Assembly (NCBI RefSeq): GCF_018389705.1
Contig: NZ_CP065581.1
Span: 870,001-902,000 of the forward strand
Direction of reading: 5' to 3'
Source: Mycoplasma mycoides subsp. capri
GTDB taxonomy: Bacteria > Bacillota_I > Bacilli_A > Mycoplasmatales > Mycoplasmataceae
DNA: 32,000 bases
Of this stretch, positions 22,661-32,000 are shown piece by piece. The notes beneath the pieces were generated by a model. The model saw nothing but the letters and a program-made list of their open reading frames with translations. It was not told the origin of the DNA and did no database searches. A program made the position numbers and the translations under genes. How positions within the stretch are numbered: position 1 is the first letter of the stretch; each line of letters begins with the position of its first letter.

Positions 22661-22685
22661 AAAAAAACCTAGTATTTACTAGGTT
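22661..22685 (-). terminator. Intrinsic terminator downstream of the first DUF285-type gene
   Basis: AACCTAGTA-TT-TACTAGGTT arms (22666-22674/22677-22685), then seven T on the minus strand. Confidence 0.85.
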
Positions 22686-22690
22686 TAAAA

Positions 22691-22790
22691 ATTATTTTTT
22701 AAATCTTTTAATTAAATAAGGTATACCAGCTGCTAAAGAAGTTAAAACAACTTGACTTCCAACAACAATACCAACAATTGCTGGAGTTGA
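22691..22790 (-). repeat. Copy 1 of a ~100-bp near-identical direct repeat (3' end of DUF285-type gene)
   Basis: Matches 23662-23761 with 2 mismatches, both synonymous. Confidence 0.95.
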
Positions 22791-23648
22791 AAGTTTTTTA
22801 GATTGTTGAATTGTTGTGCTTAAATTAGTTTTTGGAATTTCTGAATTTGGTTTTGATTTTATAATAGGATTTATTAGTTTAGTTAATGGTATTGATTGTT
22901 TTGGTTTTGATGGTGAAGGGTGAATTATTACCTTTGGTTCAGTAGATTCTGGTTTTTTAACAGTAGGATCATTATACTCAGCAACTTTTCAACTAGGTTT
23001 TTTATCGATATATTCAAAAATCCCACTAGCTCTAGAAAAATTCTTATTTTTAGTTACTTTATCAACATTTCAATCTTTTAAATTTTGTTTAAAGCTTTCT
23101 GCACCATCAAACATTGATTCCATTGATTCGACTTTTTCAGTATTTCAATTTAAGGGTTTGTCTTTATTATTGAATTTAATAGCATTTTTAAACATACCAG
23201 TCATATTAGTGACATTATCAGTTTTTCATTCTGATAAATCTGCATCTATTAATTGATTATCATAAAATACATAACTCATATTCTTTATTTTTGATGTATT
23301 TCATTTTTCAAAACCAGTAACTGTGGGATGATTCTGATCTTTATATCTATGAGCAAAGGCGCGATATAAGCTAACTATTTCTTCTGGTAGTTTTTCTGGA
23401 ACTTTTTTAACATAATAAGGAATTTGCTTTATGGTTATTTCATTCCCTCTTTTATAAAAACCAATTTCAACAATTTCAGTTTTATCGCCATCTTTGTATT
23501 TATGTGGCTGTTCAGTTTTTTCTGATTTCATCTCAATTTTCATTTTATAGTTTATATTAAAATGATTTTCATTTTTCAAAAACACTATTGATGAAAAAGA
23601 AAGTAAAGACAATTTTGCAATAGTTAATATTAATAAATTTATTCTCAT
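22692..23648 (-). CDS. BspA/DUF285-type repeat surface protein with N-terminal signal/anchor and C-terminal TM, 318 aa
   Basis: GFEKWNTSKIKNMSYVFYDNQLIDADLSEWKTDNVTNMTGMFKNAIKFNNKDKPLNWNTEKVESMESMFDGAESFKQNLKDWNV; C-terminal KLSTPAIVGIVVGSQVVLTSLAAGIPYLIKRFKK. Confidence 0.85.
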
Positions 23649-23661
23649 ATATAGTAGGGTA

Positions 23662-23761
23662 ATTATTTTTTAAATCTTTTAATTAAATAAGGTATACCAG
23701 CTGCTAAAGAGGTTAAAACAACTTGGCTTCCAACAACAATACCAACAATTGCTGGAGTTGA
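23662..23761 (-). repeat. Copy 2 of the same ~100-bp direct repeat
   Basis: Matches 22691-22790 with 2 mismatches. Confidence 0.95.
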
Positions 23762-24628
23762 TAATTTTTTATTTTCTTGTTTTGATGTAGTTATATTAGA
23801 TTTTGGAAGTTCTTGATCTGAATTAGGTTTTAATGTAGGTTTAGTTTCATTAGTTCTATTTATTATTTTAGCTAAAGGCAAAGTAACCCTTGGTTTTGGA
23901 GCAGGGGTTGGATGAATTATCACTTTTGGTGTTTTATTTTCTTCTTTTTTAATAATAGGATCATTTTCTTCTTTTAGATTTTTCCATTTAGGTTTTTTAT
24001 TTTCATCACTAAAAATTCCACTAGCTCTAGAAAAATTCTTATTTTTAGTTACTTTTTCAACATTTCAACTCATCAAGTTCTGTTTAAAACTTTCTGCACC
24101 ATCAAACATAGATTCCATTAATTCTACATTGTTAGTTGTTCAAGACAAAGATTTACCACCATTATCAAATTTTGTTGCATTTTTAAACATACCAGTCATA
24201 TTAATGACATTATCAGTTTTTCAAGCAGACAAATCTGTGTCAATAATATGATTTTCAAAAAAGACATAACTCATATCTTTTATTTTTGATGTATCTCATT
24301 TTTCAAATCCAGTAACTGGATCATGATGACTATATCTATAAGAAAAAGCGCGATACAAACTTTCAATTTCTGTTGGTAAATTAGTAGGAACTTTTTTTAC
24401 ATAAAATGGAATAGGTCTTATAGTAACTTTATTAGTAGTTGGGTGCTTGTAATAACCTATTTTTTTAATTTCTGTTTTATCTTCATTATATTCATGATTG
24501 GGGCTGGCTTTTGTAGTATCTTGGGCAAATAAAGATATTGTTTCTTGATTCTTTCAAAAAGTGAATGGTAAAGGGATTAATAAGCTAGTAATTATAGAAT
24601 AAGGTATTAATTTCAGTATCTTTTTCAT
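23663..24628 (-). CDS. BspA/DUF285-type repeat surface protein, tandem paralog, 321 aa
   Basis: MKKILKLIPYSIITSLLIPLPFTFWKNQ... GFEKWDTSKIKDMSYVFFENHIIDTDLSAWKTDNVINMTGMFKNATKFDNGGKSLSWTTNNVELMESMFDGAESFKQNLMSWNV; same C-terminal anchor as the neighbour. Confidence 0.85.
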
Positions 24629-24821
24629 AAATAATTTAAATAGTTTCTTTTTATTTGTTTATAACAAAATTAAGTAATTTATATTGTTTTAGTAGGGTAT
24701 TTAGACAAAACAAAAACTACTCTCACTAGTGATCAATTTATAACAAAGCACCTACAACTAAAACTACTTATAATTCTTATATAACATACATATCAAACTT
24801 TTACAATACCTAAAAAAATAA

Positions 24822-24846
24822 AAACTCACAACTAAATTGTGAGTTT
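24822..24846 (-). terminator. Intrinsic terminator downstream of pyrG
   Basis: AAACTCACAA-CTAAA-TTGTGAGTTT, with a T-rich tract on the minus strand. Confidence 0.85.
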
Positions 24847-24864
24847 AATTTAATTATTAAAATA

Positions 24865-26463
24865 CTATTTATTATTTTCAACAATTGCTTTAATAAATCC
24901 CTTAAATAAAGGAGTTGGCTTATTAGGACGAGAAGTAAATTCAGGATGAAACTGACTAGCAACAAAGAATTTTAAACTTGGCATTTCAACAACTTCAACT
25001 AAGTTCTTTTCTTCATAAATTCCAGAAAATCTTAATCCAACACTTTCTAAATCTTTTTTATATTCATTATTAAATTCATATCTATGTCTATGTCTTTCTA
25101 AAGCAACATCTGAATTATATAACTTAGAAACTAATGAATCTTTTTCTAATTTAGTAACCATTGTACCTAATCTTAAAGTTCCACCAATATTATCTCTATC
25201 AATACCTTTAATATAATCAAAAATTGGATGAGTAGTATTTTTATTAAATTCAGTTGAATCAGCATCACTTCATTTTAATAAATCTCTTGCAATTGAAATT
25301 GTTGCTATTTGCATTCCTAAACAAATTCCTAAATAAGGAATATCATTTTCTCTAGCATACCTACTAGCTAACATCATTCCTTCAATTCCTCTTTTACCAA
25401 ATCCACCTGGAACTAAAATACCTTGGCTATTTTTTAAAACTTCTTTATAATTTGATTCATCTAATTTATCTGCTTGAACTCATCTGATTTTAATTTTTTT
25501 ATTAAATTCTCAACCAGCTATTTTTAATGATTCTAAAACTGATAAATATGCATCTTGTAATTCTATATATTTACCAACAAAACTAATTTCAATTTCTTCA
25601 GTTGATGAATCGATTTTTTTATTAAATTGTTTTCATAAAGATAGATCTATATTTTTAGCTTTTAATTGTAACTGTTCAATTATAATATCTTGAAGATTTT
25701 GTTTTGCTAAAGCTAATGGCACTCTATAAATTGAATCTTGATCAATTGCATCAATAATATTTGTAATAGGAACATTACAAAATAAAGAAATTTTTTCTTT
25801 AATATCTTTTGGTGAAGAAGAGTCACTTCTACATACTATAACATCAGGTTGAATTCCTAAACTAGCCATTGCTTTTACTGAGTTTTGAATAGGTTTAGTT
25901 TTATATTCTTTTGAAGCAGCTAATCATAATAATAAAACAACATGAACAAACATTACATTTTCTTTACCTTGTTCTAGTCTAATTTGTCTAATTGCTTCAA
26001 TAAAAGGTTGAGATTCAATATCTCCAACAGTTCCACCAATTTCAGAAATTATCACATCAGCTTGGCTTTGTTCTGCTGCTTGATAAACTTTTTGTTTAAT
26101 AGCATCAGTTATATGAGGAACTACTTGAATAGTTTTACCACTATTAACTCCTTTTCTTTCACCTTGAATTACAGATAAATAGATTTTTCCAGAAGTTGTT
26201 GAAGATAATTTAGTTAATTCTTCATCAATAAAACGTTCATAATGACCTAGATCTAAATCAGTTTCTCCCCCATCTTTTGTAACAAAAACTTCACCATGTT
26301 GATATGGAGACATTGTTCCTGGATCAACATTTAAATATGGATCAAATTTTTGCATAAATACTTTTAATCCACTAGCTTTTAATAATGCACCAATTGAACT
26401 AGCTGTAATTCCTTTTCCTAAACCCGAAACTACTCCACCAGTTACAAATATAAACTTTGCCAT
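24865..26463 (-). CDS. pyrG: CTP synthase
   Basis: 532 aa; [78 protein letters not shown]; glutaminase domain C-terminal [23 protein letters not shown]. Confidence 0.98.
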
Positions 26464-26517
26464 TTACTTATTCTCCTTTATATATGTTGTAATTAATTAT
26501 AAACAACTAATTAAAAT

Positions 26518-26551
26518 AAAAAGGTCATAAAAACTTAGTTTTACAACCTTT
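26518..26551 (-). terminator. Probable intrinsic terminator downstream of rpoE
   Basis: AAAGGT-ca-TAAAA ... TTTTA-ca-ACCTTT with one internal mismatch, then T-rich on the minus strand. Confidence 0.6.
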
Positions 26552-26553
26552 AA

Positions 26554-26982
26554 TTATCGATTATATTCATCATCATCTATATATGTTTGGTCAGTGTCAT
26601 CAAAATCTTCGTCAAAATCATCTAATTCTTGAGTAAAATCACTATCATAATCTTCATCTAATAACATTTCATCATCTATTGTTAATTCTTCATCTGAATC
26701 ACTATATCTGTGTTTATGATCTGTATTAATAAAATCATCATATTGTTTTTTAATGTTTTCAACTGATGAATTAGAACTTAAAGCTCATAAATTATCAGTT
26801 GTTAAAGCAAATCTATTATCAAGAACCATGTCTCCATATAGATCTGCTATTACTGAGATTTCATCTTTTTTTTGACTGATTATATCTTTTGATATTGACT
26901 TTCAAATTTCATTTAAACTTGAAGGTGTTTTAGTGCTTTGTAAATATGAATACACTAAATCTAGATTTCTAACTTTTGACAT
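26554..26982 (-). CDS. rpoE: DNA-directed RNA polymerase delta subunit
   Basis: 142 aa MSKVRNLDLVYSYLQSTKTPSSLNEIWKSISKDI..., LYGDMVLDNRFALTTDNLWAL, followed by a long Asp/Glu-rich tail. Confidence 0.85.
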
Positions 26983-27007
26983 ATTTTCACCTACACAATT
27001 AGATATT

Positions 27008-28222
27008 CTACACTATTTCTTTTGGAAAAATAATTTTTCTCAAATTTTTTTGACTATTAGATTTTTGAAAAAACTTTACTAATTTACTATAATAACTTAG
27101 TTCATGAACTTGTTGATTATTACTATCATATAAGTAGATATTTTCATCTTTATTGTTTTTAATTACTGGATTATACATACTTAATGGTCTAATATTTGCT
27201 TCTAATAAATAGTAAGTAGGATCTAGTCCTAATTTGTTTAATTTACTAATTAAAGTAGTTTTATTTATTAACTTTTCATCTCTAATAGTAAATAATTTTC
27301 TATCAGTTAATCTTTTTGACAAATCACTTAAAATCAGATCTTTTTCACTACTACAATTTTTAAAAATATCAAACATTAAATAATCATCAATTTTTAAATA
27401 AGAATCTAAATCAATATCTTTATTATTAAATACATTTATAAAAAGTTCAATAATTCTATTATCTTTAAACTTGTAATTATTATTAAATAGATCAGTAACT
27501 CTTTTAAATCAACTAATAAACATAGCATCAAAAATAGTTGATGTTTTATGATTATAAACTTGTTGATACATATGATATCTACCTAATAAATATGATTCAA
27601 TTGCATAAATTGTTTTTTTAGGAAAGACAATTCTATCACCAATTATAAAAGCGTTTCTAATCATTCATTTAAAATCTAGTGTTGCATAATCAACACCACA
27701 GCTAATTGAATCTCTTTTTAAATAATCAAATCTATCAGCATCAATTTGTGAACTTACTAATAAATTAATAATTTTATTTTTATAAGTTCCATTAATAATA
27801 TCAACAATATCTTGAGGATTTATATGATGCTTTTTTAAAATTGGATAAATATTTCCTTTTTTATTTAAAATAATTTCACTTGTGTATTGTTCATGATTTT
27901 TATGTGTAATTTTTTCAAAAGTATGTGAAAAAGCACCATGTCCAATGTCATGTAATAATCCAGCTATTTTTACTAGTTTTTGTTCATAACTACTTATTTT
28001 TAAAAAAGCTTTATTTTTAAAAAACTCTTTTAAAATATAATAAGTTCCAATAGAATGACTAAAGCGAGTATGTGTTGCACTTGGATAAGCTAATTGTGTT
28101 CCTGCAAGTTGTAAAATTCTTCTTAATCTTTGCATTTCATAAGTATTTATTAATTGAATATAAATTACATCATCAAAATAAATATCACCATGAACATTAT
28201 CTCTAATTACTTTTAAATACAT
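27008..28222 (-). CDS. HD-domain phosphohydrolase (dGTPase/YwfO-like)
   Basis: 404 aa with UGA=Trp; VIRDNVHGDIYF, THTRFSHSIGTYYI, KIAGLLHDIGHGAFSHTFE, LVSSQIDADRFDYLKRDSISCGV. Confidence 0.92.
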
Positions 28223-28224
28223 AA

Positions 28225-29685
<1,461 letters not shown>

Positions 29686-29771
29686 TTAAATAACTTTTTG
29701 ATTATACTACTTTAATTAATTTTAAGTTTTTTTTTAAATTACAACAAATCTATATCACTAAAAACAAAATA

Positions 29772-29796
29772 AAAGTTCAGATTTAATCTGAACTTT
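29772..29796 (-). terminator. Intrinsic terminator downstream of the second PTS gene
   Basis: AAAGTTCAGAT / ATCTGAACTTT perfect 11-bp arms; T-rich flank on the minus strand. Confidence 0.8.
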
Positions 29797-29808
29797 ATAA
29801 TTATTAAA

Positions 29809-31512
29809 CTAATTTAGAATTTTTTTTAACTTATCTGCAACATGTTCTACATCAGTTCCAATTATTATTTGATAATTATTTTTACCTAATCTAACTACTC
29901 CAAAAGCTCCTATTTGTTTAATTTTTTGATCATCAATTACAGTTTTTGAATTATTTTTTACAGTTAGTCTTAATCTAGTTGAACAACTATCAACTAGTTC
30001 TATATTATCTTTTCCAACAATTTCTAATATCTTTTGAGCCATTAGTTCATATTTATTTATATCAGAATCATTTGTTGTTATATTTTCAATTATTTGTTTT
30101 TCATTTACTTTTTGAATTGTTTGTTTTTGAATCTCTAATTGGTTTTCTCTACCTGGAGTTAAAATATTTAACTTTTTAATCAAGAAATAAAAAGTTATAA
30201 AATATGTAGCAAACATACCTAAGGCATATACTCAAATTCATAATGGATTTGCATATCATCCAATTTTTGCTGAGATTTGTCATGAAGTTCAAAATGAAAC
30301 TACATAATCAATAAACCCAGCACTAAATCCAATTCCTAAACTAATTTGAGATCAAGTTACAAACATATAAAAAATACCTGTAAATAAAGCATTTAAAAAA
30401 TACAAAATAGGAGAAATAAAAATAAAATTAAAAGTTAAAGGTTCATCAATTCCAGTAATAAAAGCAACAAAAGCAGCTCCCCCATAAAAAGCAGTCATTT
30501 GTCTTTTTTTATCTTTATCTGAAACTAAAATTAATGCTAAAGCAACACCTGGTAAACCACCTAAAAATAAAGGGAAAAATCCAGTAGTAAATAATCCAGA
30601 TCCAATTAATCCTTTTTGAAATGCAGGAATATCACCATTAATAATTGTTGTTGAATTATCTACTAATAATTTACCTTCTATTGGTAGTTGAAATCATACA
30701 AATGTATTTAAAATATGATGTAAACCAAAAGGATAAACTAATCTATTTAAAAATCCATAAGTACCTACTGCAAACCCTTTATAAAAACCATTTGCTTGAG
30801 ATAAAGCTGTTCCTATTTTAATTAAACCAAACTGAAGTCATGGTCAAATAATAGCAAAGCTTAACCCTAGTGGAATAATCATTAAAACACCTAATAATGG
30901 AATAAATCTTCTTCCACCAAAAAATGAAAGAGCTTGAGGTAAAGTTACTTCTTTATATTTGTTATAAATTAAAGCAACTAAACACCCAACAACAATACCA
31001 CCAACAACTCCAGAATCTAGTTGATATTTCACACTATTTCCTTTTAAAAAATACAATAATTGAGTAGCGCGAACCATCTGACCATTACGTTCAATTAAAA
31101 GCTTGTCTGAAGTTAGTACATTTTTTCAAATAAATGTTGGAAATAAACCTTCTTTTAATAAAGCTGTCATTCCAAATCAAACAATACCACCAACTAATGC
31201 AGCTTCTCCACGATTATCTTTTGCTAAACCAAAACTAATACCAATAGCAAAAATAATTGCTAAATTATCAAAAACAATTTGACCAGGAGTAGCTATAATC
31301 AATCCTATGAATTTTTGAATTTCAGAAATATTTAATCCTCCATTGGCTAATGGATCTTGAATTAAAGCACCAAATCTAGCTAGTAAAGCTGCAATAGGTA
31401 AAACTGCAATTGGAAACATTAAAGTTTTTCCTAAACGCTGTAGTGCATTTAAAAGATTATTATAAAAACTATTTTCTTTGTTTTGTTTATCTTTTGCTTT
31501 TAAAAAATGCAT
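29809..31512 (-). CDS. PTS sugar transporter EIIBC (glucose/N-acetylglucosamine type)
   Basis: 567 aa with UGA=Trp; LQRLGKTLMFPIAVLPIAALLARFGALI, GLHHILNTFVWFQLP, GIDEPLTFNFIFISPILY, C-terminal EIIB VDSCSTRLRLTVKNN. Confidence 0.93.
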
Positions 31513-31806
31513 AACTTATCTCCTTTCTAATTTATTTCAATTAAATCTAATAAACTTTTTATTAAACATTTTAATTATTAATTTATAACAACCAACTTTA
31601 TTAAATAGGTATTATAAATTCTTTAAACTTGTTTTGTTAATAAATTTATGCACAACACTTTTATAGATCAACTATTTATTAATTAAAGTTATTTAAAACT
31701 CCTTTCATAAATTTAATACACTAAATATACAATTTTATTTTATCTAATCTAAGGTCTTAATTTTTTTATTATTCTAATCATTATTTATAATTATTAAAAA
31801 ATAAAA

Positions 31807-31833
31807 AAATCACAATTTTAAAAATTGTGATTT
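31807..31833 (-). terminator. Intrinsic terminator downstream of the right-edge gene
   Basis: AAATCACAATTTT / AAAATTGTGATTT perfect 13-nt arms; T run on the minus strand. Confidence 0.85.
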
Positions 31834-31836
31834 ACA

Positions 31837-32000
31837 TTAATTATTTGTATTTTTTTTATTTTATTGATACGTTTTTAGTTGAATCTTTTTTAGTTGGAAA
31901 CATTGGATATTCAGGATGTGGTTCTTTTAACATTAATATACCAATTAATGATATTAATGTAGCAACAATAATAATTACTAGTTGAATTGAACTTACTAAT
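31837..32000 (-). CDS. C-terminal end of a membrane protein; gene runs off the right edge
   Basis: Open frame to TAA 31837-31839: LVSSIQLVIIIVATLISLIGILMLKEPHPEYPMFPTKKDSTKNVSINKKNTNN. Confidence 0.6.

Noticed and set aside
25984-26178. Plus-strand ORF of 64 aa inside pyrG
   Set aside because: Antisense to the conserved amidoligase domain of CTP synthase.

Overview
This is a low-GC Mollicutes chromosomal segment, most like the Mycoplasma mycoides/capricolum group. UGA is clearly read as Trp, which is why the supplied ORF track breaks most genes into pieces; I re-joined them by frame. Nearly everything is on the minus strand. Contents from left to right: a GH31 glycosidase (cut by the window edge) overlapping a PTS EIIBC gene; the str operon (rpsL-rpsG-fusA-tuf); cls with an overlapping unknown ORF; a GNAT-like protein; a packed run rpmE / large coiled-coil protein / DHH phosphoesterase / tdk / prfA / prmC / membrane protein / tsaC; a glycerophosphodiester phosphodiesterase divergent from an MFS transporter (the only plus-strand gene); fba; two tandem BspA/DUF285-type surface proteins; pyrG; rpoE; an HD-domain protein; gltX; a second PTS EIIBC gene; and the 3' end of one more gene. 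I see no CRISPR array, rRNA, tRNA, IS element or phage. The most interesting points are: (1) a ~632-aa coiled-coil protein that looks like an ABC ATPase whose Walker A, signature and Walker B motifs have decayed; (2) a 560-bp dyad-rich divergent region with competing pairings around the MFS start codon; (3) a promoter-plus-terminator leader or small-RNA candidate upstream of the unknown ORF/cls pair; (4) a GC-rich stem-loop at the predicted 5' end of the tuf mRNA; (5) tandem surface-protein paralogs with a near-identical 3' end. None of these is proven to be a new system.
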